This document shows, in pieces, positions 46,510-58,712 of a stretch of DNA of 64,000 nt. Position 1 is the stretch's first letter. Every line of letters starts with the position of its first letter. The position numbers and the translations under genes are program-made. Origin of the DNA: an uncultured Flavobacteriaceae bacterium (GTDB lineage Bacteria > Bacteroidota > Bacteroidia > Flavobacteriales > Flavobacteriaceae). The notes beneath the pieces are model-generated. The model was given only the letters and a program-made list of their open reading frames with translations, ran no database searches and was not told the origin of the DNA. The DNA is taken from NCBI GenBank assembly GCA_964451785.1, contig CAYVJG010000012.1:5620-69619 (forward strand). The letters run 5' to 3'.

Positions 46510-46561
46510 AAAATAAGAAACACCTTTCTGAGATTTTAAACATTCTCTTAAGAAAGGTGTT
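46510..46561 (-). terminator. Terminator after ilvE
   Basis: 11 bp stem aacacctttct/agaaaggtgtt with inner gaga..tctc pairing and a T-rich tail on the minus strand. Confidence 0.65.
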
Positions 46562-46665
46562 CGAATTAACTACATTTTTGGAGATAAACGAGTTAAAAAA
46601 AAGTTAAAAATTTATTTTCATCTAATTTCAGTAGATTTTATCTTTATAATTCTAACTCACTAGTG

Positions 46666-47739
46666 TTATTTTATTTCGTATAACCAGCCAAATTTGTCTT
46701 CAGAGCGGTGGTATTGAATATCTTGAATTGCTTTTTTTAAGCTTAACCCAAAACTGTGATCAATTTTTGGTAATTCAAAGACATCTTCTTTATAGCCAAA
46801 GCCTGTAAATGGAACTACGGTAGCTGCTGTTCCGGCTCCAAAAATTTCTTTGAGTTCTCCGTTTTTTTGAGCAGCGATAATCTCACTTACTTTTAAAGGA
46901 CGGATTTCAACCTTGTAGCCTTTGTCTTGGGCGAGTTTAATTAAACTTTTACGCGTAATACCATCTAAAATGCGATCGTCAGTAGGCGCAGTCATCAAGG
47001 TGTCTCCAATACGGAAGAACACATTCATGGTTCCAGCTTCTTCAACATACTCGTGCGCTTTAGAATCTGTCCAAATAATTTGTTTAAATCCTTTTTCTTT
47101 TGCGATTTGCGTAGGGTAGAATGACGAACCGTAGTTACCTCCAGCTTTGACAAAACCTATCCCGCCTTCCATAGAACGACTAAAACGATCTTGAATCAAC
47201 ACTTTCATGTCGCTAACAGCGTCAGAGTAGTACGATTTTACTGGGCTGCAAATGATAATCACACGGTACTCTGTGGCCGGTGAGGCGGCAACTTGATTTT
47301 CGATACCTATAGCAAATGGACGAATGTAAAGTGAATAACCGTCTCTGCTTGAAATCCAGTCACTGTCAATTTTCATTAAAATGTCAAGGGCTCCAAAAAA
47401 GTATTCTTTAGGAAACTCAGGCATGCACATTCTGACACAAGATTTGTTGAAACGTGCAAAATTTTGATCAGGACGAAACAACCATACTTTTCCTGCATCA
47501 TCCTTAAAGGCTTTCATGCCTTCAAAAACACTTTGTCCATAGTGAAAGATTTTTGAGGCCGGATCTAATTGCATAGGGCCGTAAGGCTTGATTTCAGGTT
47601 TTTGCCAAGCACCATCTTTATAATCACAAATCAACATGTGATCGGCATAATACTTTCCAAAACCTGGATTCTCCATATCGGTTTCAGATAGTTTTGATTG
47701 GCTAGTTTTTGTAATTGAAAAATCGTCTTTACTGTACAT
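46666..47739 (-). CDS. ilvE: Branched-chain amino-acid aminotransferase
   Basis: 357 aa class IV aminotransferase pattern (FEGMKAF, AGGNYG, EEAGTMNVF, GITR). Confidence 0.92.
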   Translation of the reverse strand: MYSKDDFSITKTSQSKLSETDMENPGFGKYYADHMLICDYKDGAWQKPEIKPYGPMQLDPASKIFHYGQSVFEGMKAFKDDAGKVWLFRPDQNFARFNKSCVRMCMPEFPKEYFFGALDILMKIDSDWISSRDGYSLYIRPFAIGIENQVAASPATEYRVIIICSPVKSYYSDAVSDMKVLIQDRFSRSMEGGIGFVKAGGNYGSSFYPTQIAKEKGFKQIIWTDSKAHEYVEEAGTMNVFFRIGDTLMTAPTDDRILDGITRKSLIKLAQDKGYKVEIRPLKVSEIIAAQKNGELKEIFGAGTAATVVPFTGFGYKEDVFELPKIDHSFGLSLKKAIQDIQYHRSEDKFGWLYEIK

Positions 47740-48133
47740 TAATTAGTGTTTTTTTAGCGCATTGAGCAAATTTTGTTAATAATATATTAGTATTGCAATG
47801 CTGCTTTTTTTTGCTGGTATGAAAATAATAAAAAAATCGTTTTGAAATTTACTGTCACTGTTAATATTTGAAAATGATTTAATCGATTTGGCTAAATAGA
47901 TTTAGGATTATTTAAAACATTAGTGGATAGAGATTAATTTAGTTTAAGTTACGAATAAATAATGAAAGTATACGAAAATTACTTTATTTTATTTGAAATT
48001 GATAATTTAAGTGTTAAAAAAGAATTCACTTTGTTTTGTTGTGATTTAGGTAGGTTTCTGTTCTTTCTTTTTAAATTGGCGTTTTAAACCTGTGATTTCT
48101 TAATTTTGAATTTTAAAACATAGGTTTTGGGTT

Positions 48134-48811
48134 ATGAAAAGAGAGATTTTTACGACTGAAGATGGATCGAGCAGTTTATTTATACCTGAACTGAATGAGC
48201 AGTACCATTCTAAACATGGGGCTATTCAAGAAGCACAACACGTCTATTTAAAGAGTGGATTGATTTATTTTACAGAGCGATTCCTTCCTACTACTACAAT
48301 TAATGTGTTAGAAATAGGACTGGGGACAGGTTTAGATGCTTTGCTGACTGCTGAGTTGGCAGATTGTAAACGGCAATCCATAGCTTATACAGGCTTAGAA
48401 GCTTATCCAGTTAAACAAAAAGAGTGGGAAATGCTCAATTATCCTGAGCAACTGTCTTGGGGTAAAGCCGCAGAAGTTTTTAGTCGCATTCATCAATCTC
48501 CTTGGGAAGAAACGACGGCTTTAACGGATTATTTTTCCTTGTATAAACGCCAAATGCGATTTGAAGATTTTTCAGATAGGGAAACCTATCACGTCATTTA
48601 TTTTGATGCTTTTGGAGCGCAGGTGCAACCCGAACTTTGGGAAGAACGTATTTTTAAAGCGATGTATGACAGCTTGAAGTCGCAAAGTGTATTGGTGACT
48701 TACTCAGCCAAGGGCAGTGTAAAACGCGCCTTAAAAGCAGTGGGGTTTGAAGTTGAAAAAATACCGGGCCCTCCGGGAAAACGCGAAATGCTACGTGCTG
48801 TCAAACTATAG
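48134..48811 (+). CDS. mnmD: tRNA 5-methylaminomethyl-2-thiouridine methyltransferase MnmD-type (SAM-dependent)
   Basis: 225 aa. TEDGSSSLFIPELNEQYHSKHGAIQEAQHVY is typical of standalone MnmD. The SAM motif is LEIGLGTG. Confidence 0.8.
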   Translation: MKREIFTTEDGSSSLFIPELNEQYHSKHGAIQEAQHVYLKSGLIYFTERFLPTTTINVLEIGLGTGLDALLTAELADCKRQSIAYTGLEAYPVKQKEWEMLNYPEQLSWGKAAEVFSRIHQSPWEETTALTDYFSLYKRQMRFEDFSDRETYHVIYFDAFGAQVQPELWEERIFKAMYDSLKSQSVLVTYSAKGSVKRALKAVGFEVEKIPGPPGKREMLRAVKL

Positions 48812-48825
48812 CTACTATTAGAAGT

Positions 48826-48861
48826 AAAAAAAGCCGTTTCTGATTCAGAAACGGCTTTTTT
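48826..48861. terminator. Bidirectional terminator
   Basis: aagccgtttctga-tt-cagaaacggctt flanked by an A-run and a T-run, between convergent genes. Confidence 0.85.
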
Positions 48862-48879
48862 ATGAAGTGTTACTATGCT

Positions 48880-52041
<3,162 letters not shown>

Positions 52042-52120
52042 CTAAAATGTATGTGAGGCTGTAAGTAGCCAAATATAATTAAAACCTATTAAACTGGGAC
52101 TTATACATAAGGCTTATATA

Positions 52121-52142
52121 TGTTAAAATATTAATTTTAACA
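52121..52142. promoter_or_regulatory. 22 bp palindrome in the divergent lacZ / galT control region (candidate operator)
   Basis: tgttaaaatattaattttaaca has perfect 8 bp outer arms tgttaaaa/ttttaaca. Confidence 0.3.
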
Positions 52143-52248
52143 TACAAACCCGTTAATATTTGTTATTTCTGCAAACCCGGTTGTGGTTTTGAATCGGTGG
52201 TTGAAACACAATAATGACAAAATCCTTATTTTTGAAGAAATTTAAATT

Positions 52249-53283
52249 ATGATTGATAACAATTCTCCTCATATGCGCGTCAATATTTTGACAGGCGAAA
52301 AAGTGTTGGTGTCTCCACATCGCAGTAAGCGTCCTTGGCAGGGCAAACAAGAAGAAGTAGCGGTAGACAAGAAAAATGAATACGAACCTGAATGTTATTT
52401 GTGTCCGGGTAACACGCGTGCTGATGGCACACAAAATCCGGATTATCAACAAAACTTCACCTTTGTAAATGATTTTTCAGCCTTGCTTAAAGACAGCTCT
52501 ACGGCTGTAGATAATGAGGACGATTTGCTAATCAAAGAGGGTATTCGCGGTATTTGTAAAGTACTCGCTTTTACATCACGCCACGATTTAACTTTGGCTA
52601 CTATGCCTGAGGAAGATATTGTGACCGTGGTTAAGTTGTGGCAAAAAGAATTTGACGAATTGCGTCAAAACGACTGGATTAAATACATTCAGATTTTTGA
52701 AAACAAAGGCGCAATTATGGGCTGTAGTAATCCACATCCTCATGGTCAAATTTGGTCGCAAAGCAGTTTACCGGTTGAAGTAGAAAAAGAACTTAAGCAA
52801 CAAAAATTATATTTTGATAAACACGGCAAAACTTTGTTGAGTGCTTATATTGCTTTAGAACAACGCAAAGATGAGCGTATCATTTATCAAAATGATTCAT
52901 TTGTCGTATTGGTACCTTTTTGGGCAGCATGGCCTTATGAAACGATGATTGTTTCAAAACGAGCAGTGCAGTATGTTACCGAATTTACTGAACAAGAACA
53001 ACGCGATTTAGCTGCTGCTCTAAAAGTGTTGACAGTTAAATATGACAATTTATTTAATACTTCATTTCCTTATTCTGCCGGTATTCATCAAGCTCCGGTC
53101 AATAGCGGTGAATTTCCGGAATGGCATTGGCACATGCATTTTTACCCACCATTGTTGCGCTCTGCGACAGTAAAGAAATTTATGGTGGGCTATGAAATGA
53201 TGGCTAATCCACAACGCGATATTACAGCTGAATTGGCAGCACAACAACTAAAAGATTTATCAACTCAACACTATAGCCTTTAA
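52249..53283 (+). CDS. galT: Galactose-1-phosphate uridylyltransferase
   Basis: 344 aa with CYLCPGN zinc-site Cys, the HPHGQ active site and SAGIHQAP. Confidence 0.93.
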   Translation: MIDNNSPHMRVNILTGEKVLVSPHRSKRPWQGKQEEVAVDKKNEYEPECYLCPGNTRADGTQNPDYQQNFTFVNDFSALLKDSSTAVDNEDDLLIKEGIRGICKVLAFTSRHDLTLATMPEEDIVTVVKLWQKEFDELRQNDWIKYIQIFENKGAIMGCSNPHPHGQIWSQSSLPVEVEKELKQQKLYFDKHGKTLLSAYIALEQRKDERIIYQNDSFVVLVPFWAAWPYETMIVSKRAVQYVTEFTEQEQRDLAAALKVLTVKYDNLFNTSFPYSAGIHQAPVNSGEFPEWHWHMHFYPPLLRSATVKKFMVGYEMMANPQRDITAELAAQQLKDLSTQHYSL

Positions 53284-53287
53284 GCTT

Positions 53288-54448
53288 ATGATGACTAAAG
53301 ACGAAATTAGCAGTCTGTTTGAACAGCAGTTTAACCAAGCTCCAGACGTGGTAGCGCAAGCCCCGGGACGCATTAATATTATTGGTGAACACACAGATTA
53401 TAACGATGGTTTTGTTTTGCCCGCAGCTATAGCACAACACACCTTGGTGGCGTGCTCAAAACGCACGGATGATAAAGTGGTTTTGTATTCTGTTTTATTT
53501 GATGAAACTTTTGAAATCGAATTAGCTCAACTCGCTCCGCAAGCTCAAGATGCTTGGACAAACTATATTTTAGGGGTTGCCGATCAGTTTTTAAAACGCG
53601 ATATTGCTCTTACAGGATTTAACTTGATTGTAGATGGTAACGTGCCTTTAGGGTCAGGATTATCTTCTTCAGCTTCTGTAGAGTGCGCCACAGCTGTAGC
53701 CTTAAATCAAATGTATAACAGTCAATTTGAAGCTATTGAACTGGTGAAGATAGCTCAGGCTGCTGAGCATACTTTTGCCGAGGTAAAATGCGGAATTATG
53801 GATCAATTTGCTTCTGTATTTGGCAAAGAAGAGCAAGTAGTTCGTTTAGATTGTCGTGATTTGACTTATGAGTATTATCCGCTGGAACTAGGTGATTACG
53901 CTTTGCTATTACTCAATACTAATATAAAACACTCACTAGCTTCTTCAGCTTATAACGATCGTCGCGAGGCTTGCGAAACAGCTGTCAAACTCATTCAACA
54001 AAAATACCCTGAAGTTAATTCTTTACGCGATGTGACTGTAGATATGCTCGATGAAATTATAGCTACTCAACAGCCTGATATTTACCCTAAAGTAAAATAT
54101 GTGGTGGCCGAAATAAATCGCGTTTTGCAAGCCTCGGAGGCATTGAATAAAGGCGACTTGGAAACAGTAGGCGAATTGATGTATGCTACTCATCAGGGTT
54201 TGAGTGAAAACTATCAAGTGAGCTGCCCTGAGTTAGATTTTCTAGTCGACTTTGTAAAAGCTGATGAAAACGTGCTCGGCGCGCGCGTGATGGGAGGCGG
54301 TTTTGGTGGATGCACCATCAATTTAGTCAAAAAAGATTATCGCGATGCACTTATTGCTAAGATTAAACCTGCTTATGAAGCGCAGTTTGATTTAGAATTA
54401 ACGCCGATTAAAGTGCGCCCTTCACAAGGTGCCGGATGTTTAAATTAA
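53288..54448 (+). CDS. galK: Galactokinase
   Basis: 386 aa with the galactokinase signature GRINIIGEHTDYNDG and the GHMP motif PLGSGLSSSAS. Confidence 0.95.
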   Translation: MMTKDEISSLFEQQFNQAPDVVAQAPGRINIIGEHTDYNDGFVLPAAIAQHTLVACSKRTDDKVVLYSVLFDETFEIELAQLAPQAQDAWTNYILGVADQFLKRDIALTGFNLIVDGNVPLGSGLSSSASVECATAVALNQMYNSQFEAIELVKIAQAAEHTFAEVKCGIMDQFASVFGKEEQVVRLDCRDLTYEYYPLELGDYALLLLNTNIKHSLASSAYNDRREACETAVKLIQQKYPEVNSLRDVTVDMLDEIIATQQPDIYPKVKYVVAEINRVLQASEALNKGDLETVGELMYATHQGLSENYQVSCPELDFLVDFVKADENVLGARVMGGGFGGCTINLVKKDYRDALIAKIKPAYEAQFDLELTPIKVRPSQGAGCLN

Positions 54449-54454
54449 ATAGCG

Positions 54455-54586
54455 CTAATACCGTATGTATAAATTAAATAGTCCAATTTCGACTTTGTCT
54501 CATTGTACTAGTAATTTATGAACCACGGTATTATACCTATAAAAAATATTCTAAATCGGACTAAAAAATAATTCTAATTGGTATAA
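54455..54586 (+). mobile_element. R3 MITE/REP-like element, copy 2, filling the galK-galM spacer
   Basis: It starts 6 nt after the galK stop and ends 1 nt before the galM ATG. It is near-identical to 19409-19541. Confidence 0.85.
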
Positions 54587-54587
54587 G

Positions 54588-55646
54588 ATGGTAAAGGAAA
54601 AAGATTTTATAGCTGAACACAACGGAAAGCAAACTCGTTTGATTACTCTGACTAATCAGCACGGCATGCAAGTACAAATCACAAATTATGGCGCCCGTAT
54701 AGTGAGCATTTTGGTGCCCGATAAAACAGGCGCATTAATCGATGTGAATATAGGACACAGTTCTATTCAGCAGTATTTATCTGAAAAAGATAACTATTAC
54801 GGTACAGTGGTTGGCCGCGTGTGTGGTCGTATTCGCGATGCACGTTTTACAATTGATGAGCAAACTTATGAGTTAACACCTAATAATGGAGCTAACTTTT
54901 TGCACGGTGGAGAAAACGGATTTCACACACAAGTTTTTGAAATTGTTGAGCAGACCAATGAACGTGTAACTTTAAATTATAAAGCTAAGGATGGAGAAGA
55001 AGGTTTCCCCGGAAATTTAGACTTGACACTTACCTATACCTTGGCGGGCGACAATAGTATCGATTTAAGTTTTGAAGCCGTATCGGATAAAAAAACACCT
55101 CTTAATTTAACGCATCACGCCTTTTTTAATTTGAATGGCGAGGGGAGTGGAACAGTGCTTAAACATCAATTACAAATTTTTACAGATACCTATTTGCCTA
55201 TAAAAGACGATGTGTTACCAACAGGTGAGCTAGCAAAAGTAAAAGATATTGTATTTGATTTTACACAGTTAAAACCAATTGGAGAAGCTATAGATCAACC
55301 CGATCAACAACTTATCTACGGTAAAGGTTACGATCATACTTTTGTGTTGGATACAAAATTTAAACCCGGAAAAATCAAAAAAGCAGCTTATGCCATTGGT
55401 GATCAAACAGGAATTAGCTTAACAGTTTTTACCGACCAACCAGGGATACACTTATATACTGGAAATTTTATGGAAGGGCAGTTTGAATTAAAGTCTGGCG
55501 CTAAGGATGAGTGTAGAACAGCGTTTTGTTTAGAAACACAACATTTAGCTGACGCCCTGAATCAACCGCAGTTTCCGTCAATCATTTTACAGCCACAGGA
55601 AGTGTTTAAAACCCAAACTAAATTTAAGTTTGCTGTAGAAAAATAA
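54588..55646 (+). CDS. galM: Aldose 1-epimerase (galactose mutarotase)
   Basis: 352 aa with NFLHGG, LTHHAFFNL and a C-terminal ..ETQH region. Confidence 0.9.
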   Translation: MVKEKDFIAEHNGKQTRLITLTNQHGMQVQITNYGARIVSILVPDKTGALIDVNIGHSSIQQYLSEKDNYYGTVVGRVCGRIRDARFTIDEQTYELTPNNGANFLHGGENGFHTQVFEIVEQTNERVTLNYKAKDGEEGFPGNLDLTLTYTLAGDNSIDLSFEAVSDKKTPLNLTHHAFFNLNGEGSGTVLKHQLQIFTDTYLPIKDDVLPTGELAKVKDIVFDFTQLKPIGEAIDQPDQQLIYGKGYDHTFVLDTKFKPGKIKKAAYAIGDQTGISLTVFTDQPGIHLYTGNFMEGQFELKSGAKDECRTAFCLETQHLADALNQPQFPSIILQPQEVFKTQTKFKFAVEK

Positions 55647-55651
55647 GATTT

Positions 55652-55689
55652 AAAAAAAAGGCTATCGATTATCGATAGCCCTTTTTTTA
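55652..55689. terminator. Bidirectional terminator
   Basis: aaggctatcgat-t-atcgatagcc(c)tt flanked by an A-run and a T-run. Confidence 0.85.
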
Positions 55690-55707
55690 AAATAGAAATG
55701 AATGTGA

Positions 55708-56013
55708 CTAGTTAGCCATTTCGTCAGCTTTTTCTTTTAGCTTTTTAGCAGCATCTTCAGTTTTTTTAGCAATGGTATCAGCGGCATCTTCTACTTTGTC
55801 AGATACTGTATCTACAGCTTCGTCAATTTTGTCAGCTGCATTATCAATAGCTTCACCTGTTTTTTCCATAGTTTTATCAACATGGTCACCTGCTTCATCT
55901 AAAGTTTTTTCAACTTTAGAGTTGTCTTCTTTAGTTGTGTTTTTACATGAAGTAACCGTTAGAGATAATCCAAAAACAGCAACAAGACCTAATGTGAGAA
56001 TTGATTTTTTCAT
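55708..56013 (-). CDS. Small lipoprotein with repetitive acidic/lysine-rich helical region, hypothetical
   Basis: 101 aa with leader LSLTVTSC and repeated D-K-x-E-x-A-x-D patterns. Confidence 0.55.
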   Translation of the reverse strand: MKKSILTLGLVAVFGLSLTVTSCKNTTKEDNSKVEKTLDEAGDHVDKTMEKTGEAIDNAADKIDEAVDTVSDKVEDAADTIAKKTEDAAKKLKEKADEMAN

Positions 56014-56123
56014 TTTATATTTTATTAATGGTTAGACCACAAAGGTAATAAAATTTATGAATTAACAAATATGCAGATGTTTTTTATCAAATAGCTATAA
56101 CCAATGGTTAGTAGTTATATTTA

Positions 56124-57371
56124 TCATTTAATCAGTTTGTTAGCTTTAATATAACCAATAATGCAAGCTGTGGCGCCGCGATGTGAGTTGATGTAATCTT
56201 TAGCTAATTGGCCTGTGTGTATTCTAAATTGATCATCTTCAACCAAATGCTTTAAGCTAGCACTACATTCAGAAGGCGTTTTGACAGAAAAAACAGCGTT
56301 TAGGTCTATAAGTTGTTGAGCTTCTGGGAATTTTTGATGATTCTGTCCAATAATAATGGGTACGCCAAAAGTGGCAGGTTCTAGAATATTGTGTAGTCCT
56401 GTTGTACCAGCTGCACCGCCCACATAAGCCAAATCAGCATAAGCGTATATTTTAGAAAGCAAGCCGACCGTGTTGACAATTAAAATACTGCAATCCACTA
56501 GTGATTGACCTGCTCGTTCAGAGTAGAGTAGGGCGGATTTGGTCAATTTAGAACGAAATTCTTCTATTTTTTGCTGTTTTATCTGATGAGGAGCAATGAT
56601 AAATTTGACCTGTTTAGGTGCTGAATTGATATAGTCGAGTAAAAGTGCTTCGTCTTCAGGCCAGGTGCTACCACAAACAACACAGAGTGACTTTCCTTTA
56701 AATTCTTCTACAAAATCTAAATGATTATCGATGTTGAGTTGATTGGCCACCCGGTCAAAGCGTGTGTCACCACTGATGCTTACATTTTTAAAGCCTTGTT
56801 GTTTTAATAAATCACGCGCTTGAGCAGTTTGCACAAAAAGATGCTGAAAGCGTTGTAAAGCTTGACGCATAAACCTGCCATAGGGTTTAAAGTAGATTTG
56901 CTCTTTTCTGAAATTTCCCGAAACCAAAAGTGTTGGGGTGTGCTGTTTGGTCAATTCCTTTAAATAATTTGGCCAAATTTCATACTTTACAAATAAAGCT
57001 AATTGTGGATGTGCAAGTGTTACAAAGCGTTTCGCAGCTTGTGGCGTGTCTAGTGGAAGGTAAGTCGTGCAATCGGCTAATGGATTATTTTTTTTAACCT
57101 CATAACCTGAAGGGGAGAAAAACGTGACCAAAAGTTTGTAGTTAGGATAATCTTTTTTCAAGACTTCTAGTATTGGAACGCCTTGTTCATATTCGCCTAA
57201 AGAAGCTGCATGTAGCCAAATCACTTTATCATTCTTAGAAATTTTTTTTTGTATTTCGTTAAAAGTTTGACGACGACCATTGACAAATAAGCGCATTTTA
57301 GCACTGAATAATTTGCTGATAGGGAGTAGCTTATGAATGATTATGAGTAAGAAGTTATAAAGGTACTGCAA
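56124..57371 (-). CDS. waaA: 3-deoxy-D-manno-octulosonic acid (Kdo) transferase
   Basis: 415 aa. WLHAASLGEYEQGVP is the typical KdtA N-domain, followed by a GT-B C-domain. Confidence 0.88.
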   Translation of the reverse strand: MQYLYNFLLIIIHKLLPISKLFSAKMRLFVNGRRQTFNEIQKKISKNDKVIWLHAASLGEYEQGVPILEVLKKDYPNYKLLVTFFSPSGYEVKKNNPLADCTTYLPLDTPQAAKRFVTLAHPQLALFVKYEIWPNYLKELTKQHTPTLLVSGNFRKEQIYFKPYGRFMRQALQRFQHLFVQTAQARDLLKQQGFKNVSISGDTRFDRVANQLNIDNHLDFVEEFKGKSLCVVCGSTWPEDEALLLDYINSAPKQVKFIIAPHQIKQQKIEEFRSKLTKSALLYSERAGQSLVDCSILIVNTVGLLSKIYAYADLAYVGGAAGTTGLHNILEPATFGVPIIIGQNHQKFPEAQQLIDLNAVFSVKTPSECSASLKHLVEDDQFRIHTGQLAKDYINSHRGATACIIGYIKANKLIK

Positions 57372-57465
57372 GGTTAAAATTTTTGTACAAAAGTAAGGCT
57401 TTCTCTAAAATCTTATGGATAGAAACAGCTTATTTCGTACTTTTGAGCTAGATAAAAAAAACCGT

Positions 57466-58599
57466 ATGAAAAAGATACAAATGGTTGACCTCAAAGGTCA
57501 ATACCAAGGAATTAAAGATGAAGTTAACGCTTCGTTTGATACAATTTTGGATAATACAGCTTTTATCAATGGCCCGGCAGTGCATTCATTTCAAGCTAAT
57601 TTAGAAAAATACCTCGGCGTCAAACACGTCATTCCATGTGCTAATGGTACTGATGCTTTGCAAATCGCGATGATGGGGCTTGGACTTAAGCCTGGTGATG
57701 AAGTTATTACAACCGACTTTACTTTTGCGGCTACTGCTGAGGTGATTGGTCTTTTACAATTGACACCGGTTTTAGTTGATATCGATGAAAAATCATTTAA
57801 CATCGATCCTGAAGCAATTAAAGCGGCTATTACACCTAACACTAAAGCGATTGTTCCGGTACACCTTTTTGGTCAAGTAGCTAATATGGAAGCGATTATG
57901 AAAATTGCTGAGGCTCACGATCTTTTTGTTATTGAAGATAATGCACAAGCGATAGGAGCTGATTACGTGTTTAGCGATGGTTCGGTTAAAAAAACAGGAA
58001 CTATTGGACACATTGGGGCAACTTCATTCTTCCCTTCAAAAAACTTAGGTTGCTATGGTGATGGCGGTGCGTTGTTTACTAATGATGATGATTTGGCACA
58101 CATTATTCGCGGTATTGTCAACCACGGAATGTATGAGCGCTATTATCACGATGTGGTAGGGGTAAACTCGCGTTTAGATAGTTTTCAAGCGGCAGTACTC
58201 GACGCTAAATTACCTAAATTAGATGCGTATAATACAGCGCGGCGTGAGGCGGCTAAAAAATATACAGCTGCCTTTGCCGATAATAAAAACTTAGCTGCTC
58301 CTGATATCATTGCCGAAAATGAAAATACACATGTTTATCACCAATATTCTTTACGCGTATTAAACGGCAAACGCGATGAACTCGTTCAACATTTACGTGA
58401 AAAAGAAATCCCTTGTGGTATTTATTACCCGGTTCCATTACACCGTCAAAAAGCTTATTTAGACGAACGTTATAACGAAGCAGATTTTGAGGTGACAAAC
58501 CAAATGTGTAAGGAGGTAATTGCACTACCAATGCACACGGAGCTGGATGATGAACAAATCACTTACATCACTGATACAGTGAATGCGTTTATTGGTTAA
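57466..58599 (+). CDS. DegT/DnrJ/EryC1/StrS-family PLP-dependent sugar aminotransferase
   Basis: The MKKIQMVDLKGQY start is preferred over the upstream ATG at 57415. Motifs are NGTDAL, and SFFPSKNLG carrying the PLP lysine. Confidence 0.88.
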   Translation: MKKIQMVDLKGQYQGIKDEVNASFDTILDNTAFINGPAVHSFQANLEKYLGVKHVIPCANGTDALQIAMMGLGLKPGDEVITTDFTFAATAEVIGLLQLTPVLVDIDEKSFNIDPEAIKAAITPNTKAIVPVHLFGQVANMEAIMKIAEAHDLFVIEDNAQAIGADYVFSDGSVKKTGTIGHIGATSFFPSKNLGCYGDGGALFTNDDDLAHIIRGIVNHGMYERYYHDVVGVNSRLDSFQAAVLDAKLPKLDAYNTARREAAKKYTAAFADNKNLAAPDIIAENENTHVYHQYSLRVLNGKRDELVQHLREKEIPCGIYYPVPLHRQKAYLDERYNEADFEVTNQMCKEVIALPMHTELDDEQITYITDTVNAFIG

Positions 58600-58650
58600 G
58601 ATTAATTGAAATTGTTTTTGTTTAGAAAACAGTTTTGATTTAAACTTCAT

Positions 58651-58687
58651 AAAAAAGCCGGTAAGATTAATTTCTTACCGGCTTTTT
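58651..58687. terminator. Bidirectional terminator
   Basis: aagccggtaag..cttaccggctt flanked by an A-run and a T-run. Confidence 0.85.
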
Positions 58688-58712
58688 AGAACCTTATTGT
58701 CAGGAGACAATT

